Assembly (NCBI GenBank): GCA_000708835.1
Contig: DF237141.1
Location: 1-64,000 of the forward strand
Direction: 5' to 3'
DNA from: Klebsormidium nitens
Taxonomy: Eukaryota > Plantae > Klebsormidiophyceae
DNA: 64,000 nt
A program made the translations under genes and the position numbers. Position 1 is the stretch's first letter. Each line of letters begins with the position of its first letter. The notes under the pieces were generated by a model that saw nothing but the letters and a program-made list of their open reading frames with translations, made no database searches and was not told the origin of the DNA. Positions 12,501-24,800 of this stretch are shown in pieces.

Positions 12501-15500
12501 CTCCCCCGACTCATCCCTTTCTATGACGACAGCCCTTTGCACCTGCTCGGTGGTTTGTACCGACCCCTCACCCCCTTGAGACGCCCGCCCGTTGACCGAC
12601 CCCCGCGCTTCCGAACCGTCCGATCGTCCGTTTTGAGCGTCCGAAACCGTCCGACTTGTGCTACTGACCGTCACTCCCATCCGCCCGTTTTCCGGCGCCC
12701 TTCCGTTGGAGGAGGCCGCCCCGTTTCCGGACGCCCTTCCGTTGGCGGACGGAACCTCGTTCTCGGGTTGTGACACGGCTTTCGTCGCCTGAGCACTAAC
12801 CTCATTCTCTACAGAAGGCGGCGCCCCTCCCCGATCAGTCCGCACCTGCGTGGCAGTCACAGTCGCCGTCTCCACTCCCGTTCCGTTCCGTTCGTGCCCC
12901 GGCGTTCCGCTCAACCCAGCTCCGGCAGAACTTTTCGCCGCGGACTCCGCACCCTTGTCAACCAATCCGTTCCCTTCTCCCCCGCTTCCTTGCGCTCCGT
13001 TCTCCGCAGCCGGACCCTTTCCGGTCACACTTTCCGCTCCGGTCTTCGAAGCGACTCCGTTTTCCGATTCCGTCTCGGGCTTTGCTTCCGCTTCTTTCGA
13101 ACTGGACGCGGCTTCAAGCGTGTCGAACACTCCCTCGAGAACGCCGAAAACGTTATGTACAGCGCGCTGCGTTCCGTCGTCAAACCCCTGGTCTAAGGTA
13201 GTCAGAGCGGAACCGACACTTGGCAAGGACGCAGGAGGCAGCGGAACCTGGACAACGGAACCGAGCTGTGTGAGGCACAGTGCAAGACAGCTTGAGAGCG
13301 TCTGTTCGAGTGAGGAGATTATTAAGAGGTCCACGTTGATGCTCCGCTGTTTGAAGCTCAAAGACCATTCTTGATACCAACTACCTTCTTTTGAGATGGT
13401 GTAAAAAATTGCCGAGAGACCCTCGTAAGGTTTCCGTCGAGAAGATAGTCTCGCTATTTTACCGGCCAACGACGACTGTTAAGCCGGACATAGGCACTAT
13501 CTGCGAAGTAATAGGAAGACTTCGGAGCTTCAACTCTAAGAGACGTGTCGACGTCGAGAAAATTAAAGCCTGCTGAATCCCAAGCTTTCTCAAAGAGTTC
13601 CCCGCACATGTAATCTAACGTGCAGTCCACTCGAAACCCAACTCGCACGTCTTGTGCGCACTCTTGCAGGAGATCAACATTTAGCCACTGGTTGCTTTTC
13701 TTCGTCGAATCAAAGCTGGTGCACCCTATTCGACCGGTTTTGAATCACGGGCAAAGCCGACATTGCATTCCGGACCATGTGATCCAGCCTACGGCCGCAC
13801 ACGCGCATTTGTACCATGTGTCGCGCGCGGCGCTCTTCTCTTGATGGTGCTCTCAACGGGACATTCAAAGCCGACGCGCTCGAGCAGCCGCAAACTGGGG
13901 TAACCGAGTCCAGAACAACATTATGGGTTTTGCCCGTCAGCATTCGAAATCGTCCGAAGTAGGTCGCACCAGTCTTGCAGCACAGTAGACCTTCACACAC
14001 CTTCTGTCAACGTTAAAGAGGACTCACCGCGGGTGGCGCGGCGGAAGGGGGTCCCGCCGGGGGGGCCCCCGGCGCAGGCGGCGCTTCCGCATTCAGAGCT
14101 GGCGTGACGGCCGCTGCCGCCTGAGAGGCGGACTCCGCGGGCGTTGGGGGGGGGGGAGCGCCGTCGTTTGTAGCCGGGGCAGGCGGTGCTGCAGATTTGA
14201 AAGTCACATTCTTAGATGTTGCGGTGACTTAAGAAAGTAAATTTGGGGTGCGGTCGAATCTGAAGTCGGCATGCAGATCTGACGGTGAAACGTTTGTGTA
14301 CGTTTGTGTACGTTTGGGTACACAACACAGAAACGTACACGGAGCAGAAACGACTTTTGCGGATGCCTCAAGTCGTGGGTGACTACAAGGATCGCACCTC
14401 GAAGCGTATGCCGAACTAAAAAAGGGTTGCAACAAATCTAAGGACTAGAGCTAACTCGCCACCTTCTCGTTCAAGCACCGAGCACTTCAAAGTGTTTGGG
14501 GCGGTCTTTTAGACAGCTCCTCGTTGCATTCAGAAATCACGCTATCTCCTCCATTCACATGGCACATCCTAATCCAGGACACGGAAAGGGTTCAGCAACG
14601 ACATCTCACCGTCTTTTGGAGCGTCAGATGGAGGCGGGGCCGCCGCTGTATCCCCTGGCGGTGGTGCATTCTCCGGACCCCCCCCACCTTGCTTCTGAGC
14701 CGCATCACCCTTTGTGGGGGGCGCAGACTCTGTACTTTGTGGGGGGGGCGCGGGGGTGTCCTTGGCAGGCTCCGCTGCTTTCGGCTGAGGGGGGGCAGTC
14801 TCCCCCTTCGGAATCTCATTTGGCGGGGTGGGCGTGCTGCTTCCTGAGTCGGATTTGGATGCTTCCGGAGGGGGTGTGGCGTCTCCACCTTTAGGGGCCG
14901 CTTCGCTTTTCGGCGAAGTATCGTTTTGCGAGGGGGGCGGAGTTTCAGCTTTTGATGTTCCCGGAGGGGGCGAAGCGTCCCCCCCCTTTGCGTCAGCTTT
15001 CGCTGGCTCGGAAGAGGCAGCTTGGGGCGGTTTACTATCGGTCCGAGGGGCTTCCGACTTGGGCGGTTCGTTCTGTGGGGTGGTACTGGGGGGCGAGCTC
15101 TCGCCCCCACTTGTGGGCGCTTTGCTTTCCCCCCCACTTGGCGCCGCTCTGCTTTCCCTTCCGCTTGGGGACTCCGACTTAGGCGCGGCGGGGGCTTCCT
15201 TTGGGGGGCTGTTTGAACCAGAGTTTGAGGGGGGGGCGCTCTCGGCTTTGGAGCTAGATCCCCCGTCACTTTTTGGTGGGGGCGGTTTTGACTCTCCGCT
15301 CTTTTCTCCCCCTGCCGGGGGGGCCTTCGGCGGTGCCGCGGGCGGATTCGGTGCTTTCGGGGGGGCTAGGTTTCCCTTAAACCCCCCCGCAATCTTGCTC
15401 ACAAGATTACCCCCCTGCGACGAAAACAGCCCCGACACGCGGTCCATGTCAATCTGTTTCGTCAGCACCCCGGCCTGGCCCTTACTCGTCTCCATAAACG

Positions 15501-18500
15501 TCTGCACCGCGCCTGTGACTTTCATGCGGACGTCCGGAGGCACCGCCAAATCCAGTGCGGACGCTAGTGACTCTCCGTTGTTCACCGCCGCCACGACTTG
15601 CTTCTTCTTCTCCTCGGAGAGCGTTCCCGGAAGTGCCACGTCAGCAACGTTCAAAAAGCTCTCAGCGGTCGCGGTCGCGATGCCCTTCTCGTCCACGGGA
15701 GGCGGGGGGGGCGCCTCGTCGGATTCCGGCCCCTTCTCGGCGGCTCCGGAATCCGGTCCCAGAGCGGCGCCAGATGCGCCCCCTTCCTTCTTGCTGCCGT
15801 CAGCTTTCGCCTTTCCCTCGCCACTTGTGCTACTTTCCGACGCTTTCGGATCTTGCGAACCATCTGTCTTTTGCGCCGCCTTCGCTTTTAACTCCCCCTT
15901 TCCGTTCTTATTTTCAACATCACTTCTTCCGTCACCGGATTCAGCGTCCCCGTCTGCCGTTCGTGCAATCCGCTCTCCGTTCCGACTAGAATCAGACCCC
16001 GCCCGGGGTTCGCCCTCCGGCCGACGACCGCTTTCTACTCCGCTCGCTTCCGACCTCCCCGTCTTCCCACCTTCCTCCTTCCTTCGTTCCAAAATCGCTT
16101 CGCCGTTCTCTAGAAAAACTTCTTCGTCCGCGTCTACTGTTCCTGACTCAATGGGCTCTCTCTTTCCTTCGACTGCCGCTGCAGCCTTCCCTACTGCCTT
16201 CCCTTTCTCTTTCGCATCTGCTGACCGCTCATCGGCCCCTTTCTCCTTTTTCGCCAGATTCGCTTCTGCCCTTTCCCGCCCCTTTTCCTCCGCCCTCTCC
16301 AACTCTACCGACGTCTTCGGATCTACTCCAACCTGATCCTTTCTCGCCTCTAGTTCTTCCACGCCCGCAGCCGTGACATTTCCCGTCCCGTTCGGAACCC
16401 CCGAAGTCCCGTCCACATCCTCGGACGCTTTCCCGGACGCGGACGCAACCTCCGAACCGTTTTCTGCCCCGTCCGGATCCTCGGAAGCCTCCGACCTTCC
16501 TTTCGCGCTCACTTCCGCTGGCCGGTTCTTGGACTCAGAAACAGCGTCCGAATCGTCCTTCCTGCCGTCCGAAACTTCTAAACCCTTGTCCGACGCCCTA
16601 GGCACCTCCTCCGACTTGGACGAAAGGTGCTCTGCCTCTTCTTTTCCGTCCGGGTGTTCTGGTGCCGAATCGTTCGCTTTGGCGTCCGAAGCTTGCCCTA
16701 CGTCAGCAACACCTTGTGCTTCGGCGCCCGAAACTTGTCCGACGTCAGCGACGACTTGTGCTTCAGCGCCCGACGCTTGTCCTACGTCAGCAACGACTTG
16801 CTGAGACGGAGACCCTGCCCCATCCCCCTGCCCGTTGTCCGAAACCAAGTTTGCTTCGCTCTCTTGCATTGCAGTGCCTGAGACCAAGATCAAAAGCGTG
16901 AGTGGGTCAGAATGGGTGTTGTAGTCCAAGAATGAGTTCTTCAGAGCACAGCCGTCAAACACTTGCAAAAACGTCGTCTACTTGGTCCTCGTTTGTGGAG
17001 AGTACGACCACAGTCGGAACCCAACGTGCGTAGATGAAGGATAACACCCGAAAGGCAAAAAATAAATCAAGACTTGAACCCTCTTCTTGGCTGAGCGTGG
17101 GCTTTGTTTGGGAGACACTACGCAAAGCGAATTCTACGCGACCAAAAGCTACGTTCTTTAATAGAATACACTACGAAACCAGAACGTCTTGATCTCGTGG
17201 CACTCCTGGGGCGTGACAGCGATGAGACGACTCGTATGATCTATACGGCAGTGAAGACTGTGTCGGCTTCGAAACACCCAAGCATCGATCACCAAATTCA
17301 TCAAGAAAAAAAACGTTAACAACCCGTACTGACAAGTGGCACCTTGCCAAACCTCACCTGCGCCCAAAGTAGGTACCCCTTTCTCACTTCTATCTGCGTT
17401 TTCAGAAATGCGTGGATCCTTCCCCTTCAGCAGTGCAAGCTCGACGGCGTCCAGCCACTCAAGTGCCACGTCAGCAGTCCAGCCGCCCAGCGTCCGGCTG
17501 ACGTCATGCGCGCCACGTGTCAGCAGGAGAGTGGTGCAAGGGTTGCTGTGGATGGCCGCACGGGGGATCGCTGCTGCTGGAGCCTCCACGTCGGTTGCAC
17601 TCTGCAGATTGAGTGATCCGCTATCAATCGACCTTGCATTACGAAATCAATAGAATGCGAAAAGTGGGGATGTATTAGAACTCTGTCAACTCAACCTTCA
17701 ATCAAAAATTCAGCAGTCAGACCGTACTTTCAAACCCGTAAGGATGATGCGGAAACCATACAAGAAGCGTTCTGTGAGACTTAACTATAGGAAGGCGCTT
17801 TCTCATTACGTTGTCAGATAGATTTGATACCCCAGTATCAAGCAAAGCAATTTGCTCCAAAGGTGGCACTCAGGAAAATATACAGTCCCGTGGCGGTGTC
17901 GCAGCTGAAAGGGAGCCATACCTGGATAAAGAGCAAGGGCGTATTCACACTCGGGACATGGCCCCCGCAGCTAGCCGACCCATAGTACGCCTCCCGTGAA
18001 GCGAACCCGTTTGCTGGTGAGGTAAAACGGTCGTCGAACTCCGCAACAGAGGTCGCAGCCATGGCGGGTTCGACGTCGTTGAAGTGGCCTTCGAACAACG
18101 GCTGTGGAAGATGAGACAATGTGGCTGACGTCAAATACCGGCATCGAAGCATAACGTTCTGGTATCCTGCCGCCAAAGAGTTGGTATCAGAGTTTAAGCC
18201 CCAGCACTGGGCCCAGCTAAAAGGGGCCCAGCTAAAAGGGTGATGACATTGCGTAGACGCCCTCTTTAACCCGACTCTTAACTTACCAGATGCTGCCGCA
18301 GCAGTTCTGTCCTCTCCTTTGCGAGTGCCTCTCCGCGCTCCTCGTTCCCAGGCCTTGTCAGATTCTCGGTCGACGCAGCCAAGTCAAACGGGCAGCCCAC
18401 CGCCACCGCCGCGGCGATGGGCAGGGCCTCTGAGGCCCTCTCCTCAACGTACTTGACCTGCAGATGCGACGTGAGAGTTTGGGGTGAAGAACTTCGACAA

Positions 18501-20533
18501 AAGCACCACTGTGTTGTCGGCATTTCACAAACGCCATGTGCAAGCATCAACACTTCGACTTTCAGAATAGGGGACGGCACACTGGTTAAGATCTTGGTGT
18601 CAAGGAACCCAAAGACAATCTGTACGTCCTACGCCCAGGTCAATCTTGCGCCGGTCACCGACTTTCATTTGAAATTGCATCGTCGAGCTGGCCGCCACAC
18701 CCCCAGAATTGAGCCCTGTTCAATATGGAATAGGGAGTATGGTAGCATCATAGCTGACGTAACTTCCTGCTGTACCAGGTTTAAGAGACAAGACTTACAA
18801 TTTACCCCGCGCCGGTAACAATCGGTGTCTTCTACCAATTAAGAAAACATATTTGGCAAGAACAGTGGAGTAGAAAGATGGACATTCACTATACGATTCA
18901 ACCCAAAACTGGTGGTCTGGCTGACCAGAACTGTGGTTGAGTTTTTTTCAATTAGTAAACATGTGACGCCACTCACCAGCAGATTGGCCCCGGAGCCTAT
19001 TGCCACCGCTGTAAAAGTGGCCCAGGGCCGCTGCTCCTGGAGGAACGCCAACGCGTGTGCCAAGTCCCCTGTGGCGCCCGCATCAAATAATCTGTAGAAC
19101 AGGTTGAAGTGGTTAAGGGGTTCCTTGGTGTTTAGGGTTCAAGGAGTTTGATTGTCAGGGAAGGAAAATCATACTGCAAAAATGCATGGTTTCAATGGTA
19201 ACTGAGTCAGACTTCAAACTGCATTGTGCCTCTTGAAGGCAAGACGACTCTGAGAAACTAGTTCGTACATTACCTTTCAACACCCTGATTTTGCCACGAT
19301 CTTCCAGGTAGAGGAGTCTCAACACTCAAAGTTCCTCAAATCTACAAGGCTGCCAATTTCCAACATGTGGATCAAATTTCCTGTTAAGATTACCTTTTTC
19401 AGATTTGTCAATCTCGCACCCATACGAGGACCATCGTTCCTTACTGACAACAAACATCAAGTATTTGTCCACTTGTTTCGATCAAACAAAAGTGTGAAAA
19501 CTTACTTTGGAGTGGTGACGGGGCTCTGTGCAAACCCTCTCTGATTGACCACCACCGGAAAATGGCCCGAATCCGCTGCCTTTCGGACTAACGTTTTCAC
19601 CCCCTCGTCGAAACTCCCCGCCACCGACCCCGGCACAATCAACACCAACGACTCCCGCCCGTCTCTTTCGTCAATCGCCAGGTGGGCGGGCCAATCGAGC
19701 GCCAGGTGGCCTCCATCCGGCAGCCGCACGCAGTGGCGCCGATACTTGACATCCTTCTCTAGTCCTCCGCCACTGCGGGGAGCCACTTTCGCTGCCCTCG
19801 TTGCTGATGCTTCTGCAAGAGTTTCTTTTCTAAGTCCGCCGATGAGAGGGCTCCGCGTGAGCACAAACCGGTTAAACTCATTGTCCGCTGCTGAAATGAG
19901 CTCGCCCTGGGGGGCTGACTCGTGCACCTCCGACGGCCCCCTGGAATGCGCGAGCGCCCAAGCCGCCAGCGCCCCTGCACTTATTCCTGTGGCCGTTGCA
20001 ATACCCACATCCCACCCTCCAAAACTTTTTATACCCCCAAACCCTTCGAAAAACCCGCTGGATAATGAGAGTGCTGCATATGCCCCCGCCACAGCATTCT
20101 GAGCGCCACTGAAAATGTCTAGAGATGACCTGGCTGGACGAGAGATAGCATTTGACCGGTTTGGAGAGGGGTTATGGCCATGGGTTGCTAAAGCGCGGCC
20201 GAAAAAGCGGCTGGAGAGAGGGCTACGAGCGGTGGCTGGTCGACCTATCTCGAGACTTCTTGAATTCCTGCCCCCTCGCTCGCAAGCTTTCTTGTGGCAC
20301 TTCACAGGCAGGAGATTCAAGGGCTTTCCCGATGCAACAATGCTATGCCAATATGAGCAACTCACAGACTGCCTGCAGGGATTCGCTGCAAAACCAATCG
20401 ACCTGCTGTGACCAATTTGGACTCCTGGACTCTTTGTTGACTGCCGCCCATGCGAATCTGGATGTCTCGAAAGGCCGCAGCCTTGCACCAGAAGGGGCGG
20501 ATGGCCTCCTGACAGTCGTATACTTGCCTCCAT
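6555..20533 (-). CDS. large plastid-type alpha/beta-hydrolase (YheT/EMB8-like) + low-complexity middle + C-terminal CPBP/CAAX-protease (Abi) domain, At2g03140-like. Exons 20533-19506, 19091-18977, 18457-18287, 18101-17922, 17601-17358, 16877-14610, 14188-14028, 13265-11642, 10858-10689, 9871-9421, 8833-8680, 8054-7750, 7320-6555
   Basis: Hydrolase motifs DGGHLALDWP, VVVNQRGFAQSPVTTPK|LF, PFDL, WLDAVELALLKG. Family blocks LDQGFDDGTQRAVHNVFGVLE, LKLEIGRR, RLVMLLAD..GG..RVAGKLALFWGGVRGA, VILWTPVLVPLLP. CPBP motifs EELIFR and FALAH. All introns are GT-AG with matching phases. Exon sum is 7637 nt, one short of a whole number of codons, explained by one missing G at 9536-9543. Confidence 0.88.
10550..10628. 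repeat. intronic tandem repeat, ~3 x 28-29 bp (core AGACGGTCACATAG)
   Basis: Core starts at 10561, 10590 and 10618. Confidence 0.8.
16682..16801 (-). repeat. coding tandem repeat, 3 x 42 bp (VADVGQ(A/V)SGAEAQ)
   Basis: CGTCAGC recurs at 16701, 16743 and 16785; the peptide repeat is visible in ORF 14569-16968. Confidence 0.85.
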
Positions 20534-21826
20534 GTTTTCAGCTTGTTACATCAAACTGTCAGCTCAGCGTGGTCCGACGAGCGGGCAAAGGAAAGCCATG
20601 ATATAAGATCAGGCACATGCATGAGTCTTGAGCAAGAAGATTTCCCTCTTTGCCATGATACCTATAGCGCGACGCCTGCGACCCACAACAGACGTCTAGT
20701 GTGGCACTTCCGAGGAACCTGTGAGGCAGATGTTTGCAAAGGATGGAGATAGGTATCGAGAAGGGCAGCCATTGGAAAAAGCTCTTCCGTACCTAAATTA
20801 GTATCACAGAATCAGGGGGGCGAAAGCACGTCGCTCAAAATTGATGGCTCACATGCCTCAAGAAGATCAGGGGCGAAGCGGGTGCCAGTTGGCAGTTTTG
20901 AAAGTTGGCCATGTCAGCATGAGGGCCATGAATCATGATGACGTCGCGGCCTATCTGAGCAGGCGGACGCAGATGATTTGACTACTTTCGTACGGGTTGA
21001 AAAGCTGCGCGTCCGAACCGCACACGCTGTCCGACCTGAGTGTTCGCATTTTGAATGTGAGGTGAGCCCACTCGCGCGCACAGCATTCGAAAAAGATGGT
21101 GCACCTGCCTGCAGCTTCTACGCAGCTGCAAGTTGCAAGCGCAGGTCACATGCAAAGAGGCCACAGTTTCGGAGTCAGAGGGGCAGATCGCCTGGATCGC
21201 CTCCAAATCGCATTCTTTCCTAGGTGAAGCTGAAGTGTCGCAATCACAATTGCTTCAGCATTGCGTGCGGCAGCAGCACGATGGCAGCATTGCGTGTGTA
21301 GTCCTCTTTTTTCTGATTTTTAGCTGGTGTCGCGTCTTTGCTTGCACGAGGTTGCAAAAGAGGATCAGCAAGCGCAGTGGCAGCACAATTGCTGTCATCA
21401 TTCATCGGCAGATGTTCGTCGAGCTAGTATGACCTTTCCTTTGATGCAAGTTCCAGTTGAAACCAGGACAGATTGGGGGATTACCCAGAAAACGCTGCCT
21501 CTTTGAGCCCTTGCTTGGCTATCAATTGCAGAGTTCAGCTGCTTGAACGCCCCTTTGAGCGATCCGCGCTTGAAAATGTATCCCTGCCGTTCAGACTGGA
21601 CAGGAGAGAGTCCAGGTCCTGAACTGGTAGCAAGTACAAACAGCCAGACAAGGCACACCTTCTGAGCTGAGGAGGTAGCTAGTTTGATTGAGCCATATAC
21701 CTCCTCCTCACATCCGCAGCAAGCAGCAAGCACTGATTGACTCCCGTATGACCGACGTTAGGCTCACTTCTCCCCCTGCTATCCCTCTCTCTGATTCAGT
21801 GGATTTAATCAACTCAAAATCTAACC

Positions 21827-23721
21827 ATGTTCTCAACCAACCAGGCCCGCGGCTGTATCTGCCTTCTGATTGCAGCCGTTGCTTTTTACCACAAGTCTGC
21901 GAATGCTGCAGTCGCTGCCGTCTGGGATACCTACCGCAGCATTCCGCTCGTACAGCACGATTCGTTCGAGCCCCTAGTGGCCGTGACGGCGTTCTTCATA
22001 TGGACGCGTATGTGGCACGTTCTGGACGTCTACGTGCCGTCGCTTCGGGTGTACAAGTGAGTGCCTCGACGAGCCGCAACAACTTTCTGCATTCTACAGC
22101 CCAAGCACATTCTCACAAGTTTGTATGTTGAAATATGCGAACCTCTCATTTGAGGACTTTCCCCATTGGGTTGAATAAGCTCAGATTACTTTCTGAAACT
22201 ACACGCTTGTTCGGATTGAGAAGACGGTACTTTCTGTTTGCTGCTACGAATGTTCGGGCGCTTCGCTAGCTGGACATGACTTTAAGGAGGACCAAACTTT
22301 TGTGTACGGACGACCTAGATGAAAAGCACGGTCTCTGCCTATATCCTGTAATGTACGGAAGGCTGGTTGTCATTCTCTGTGATTGCTCTCAGGAACGAAA
22401 TCAAAGCACTTATTTACCTCCTTGTGCTCTCATGCCTCAAGTCGTTACTAACTTTTACCAACTTTTTCCATGAATCCGGAACAGCTTCTCCAGAGAGATT
22501 GTCTGCTGAAGATTTCTTAGTCAAAAAGTCCGATTAAATAGGTCTGACCTTTGTCACGTGCAGTGGTGTTTCCCGGCCTTCGGGCTCTCGATACCAGTTT
22601 CTAATATGTTCCATCTCTTCCGTCAGTTTGAATCGACCTTAAAACTTCGATGAACGGCTAACACAAACTCCCATCTCATTTGCCTCAGGTTGCACTTGTC
22701 CCACAACATAAAGGCCTGGAAGCTGGAGGGCTATCCTCGCTGGGAAGCAGTTTACTACCTAGCCCCCCTCCTGGTGTTCGACTGGATTTACCCCAGGAGG
22801 AAACTCGACCAACCCCCCCCTTCGGTGGAACGGGTCGTTTTCGACGTCATTGGAGCTCTCCTTATATACGACCTCCTGTTCTTCTTCTCACACCTGGCGC
22901 TGCATAAGGTAAGACCCTCCCTTGTTCCACTTCTTCTCGCTTCTTCATCTGATGTCTTTCGGCATTTCGTCCCTGTATTTCAAATGCCACGTTCCAAATG
23001 CCACGGCAGAAACGACGTCCTGACAAAGGAGAGTCCTGTTGTTGCCCCACAGCCTTCGGTTCAGAACGATGGGTCAAAAGACCCCATTCTAAGGAAACGA
23101 CGCAGAGCCAACGGAGGGGCAAGACGAGCTTGAGAAGAAGGATCCGGACAGGAAGACCGATGAGGAAGGTAGTCTCTCCTTATGCGCTACAAGTGGGCAC
23201 ACCCAGAATTGACCTTTTTGGGAATCTGTGATTCGTAGCCGAGCAGCGACACTTTCGACATCCATAGAAATTGACCGAAGTGGATTGCTGCCTGACTGCC
23301 TGGTGCTCCTTTGCTAACTCTGCAGGTCCCCTTCCTTCGGCGCTTCCACGCGCGGCACCACGTAATGGGGGGTGACATGCGGGCCTGCGACGCCACTCGT
23401 GCGCACCCCCTGGAAGAGTTGGCGCTCGTCACGTTCGCAATCACGTCCCTCAACCTTTTAAGGTGCCACTTTCTGTCCCGGTTTATCTTCAACATAACCA
23501 TCGGTTACATGTTAACCGAGGTGCATTCCGGGTACGATTTCCCCTGGATGCTACACCGGGTTGTGCCGTTTAAGCTGGTTGGGGGAAGCGTCCGGCACGG
23601 CCAGCACCACGCGAAGGGCGACCGGTACTATCAGCAGTTCTTTACCTACTTGGACGATACCTACGAGTGGGTTCGTCGAAAGCAGCAGCGGATCGGAGAG
23701 TCGCCTGATCAAGAAGGTTAG
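21827..23721 (+). CDS. fatty-acid hydroxylase / sterol desaturase superfamily membrane di-iron enzyme (cholesterol 25-hydroxylase-like); exons 21827-22056, 22689-22908, 23326-23721
   Basis: His boxes HLALH, HARHH, HSGY..PW and HGQHH, followed by YYQQFFTYLD. GT-AG introns join in frame. Confidence 0.85.
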
Positions 23722-24800
23722 GGAACACAAACTGCTGTAACTGCGAAGAGCCGTCAGAGTCATTTTTGTGTACCGTGCATCACCCAGTTCGGAGAGTGGG
23801 ATCGTCAAAGCAGCGGCCGGGTTTAATCCGAGGGGTAAGAATTGAGAGCCCAAATTCCGCAGGGTAAAGCTTTAGTGTCATTCACTGAAGCGAGCGGGGT
23901 TTGTGAAGTGTTTAAGGACAAGGACCGGAGTTCGTCGGCGGACGGCTCCGGACGTTCGATCAAAGCGTCGGACACGCTGATACACGTGAAGAGAATACAT
24001 TTGATACATTGATTCTTATATAGTACGTAGGTTGCCGACAGTGCTACAGCAGCTTCGTAACTTCACGTATACGAGGTCGACTTATTCCTGGGTTCTCTAG
24101 TTGCAAAGTTTGAGAGGATTGAGCGTTAATCGTACGTACAATATTGCAGTATATACCTCAGGCTTAATGTGCATGCACTGCATAGAATCATTTATATTTG
24201 CTCAAGTCAATGCTTGACTGTAATATGTCGGTCAACCATATACTCGCCGTCGGTTGTGGCCGTCTGTCTTCAATTTATGACACGTAACTTACTGAGATCG
24301 CCTACCATATCTCCATATGCATGGCGCTTATTTCATTCGAGTCGTTGTGGCTTCGCATGTACACGCGATCAACTCTGCATACCAAAGTTGCATTGAATCT
24401 TGAGGGACTTCCAAAACCGCTTTCAACATAGAATCTCGAATTTGATGCGGTTTACCTGCCTCTCGCAGGGCATGAATCTGTCACTCACTAGCTCTGGTCG
24501 CTGACCGGACATATGGATCCTAAAATCTGCGATCGGACATGCACATTTCTGTGGTTTCGGCTCGCAGAAACTCAGGCTCGTATACTAAGTAAGACCGCGT
24601 CACTATCATAGAACGCGTGTATGAGAAAGCAACTCCGACTAGCTCGCATGATTTTGTTGACACGTCGGTGAATTTCTCAGTTGCTTGCTGAACCCTGGTT
24701 TTCCGTCCAACAATGCGGACCGCAGTGGCTCCTCAATCAGACAATCTTGCAACGTCTTAGCAATGGGACTGACTTCAAAGCTTTTGGAGCGGAGCCGAAC

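Noticed and set aside
14828-16336. 502-aa plus-strand ORF (and overlapping 225-aa minus ORF 14592-15269)
   Set aside because: Shadow frames of a GC-rich low-complexity exon of the hydrolase-CPBP gene; no independent motifs.
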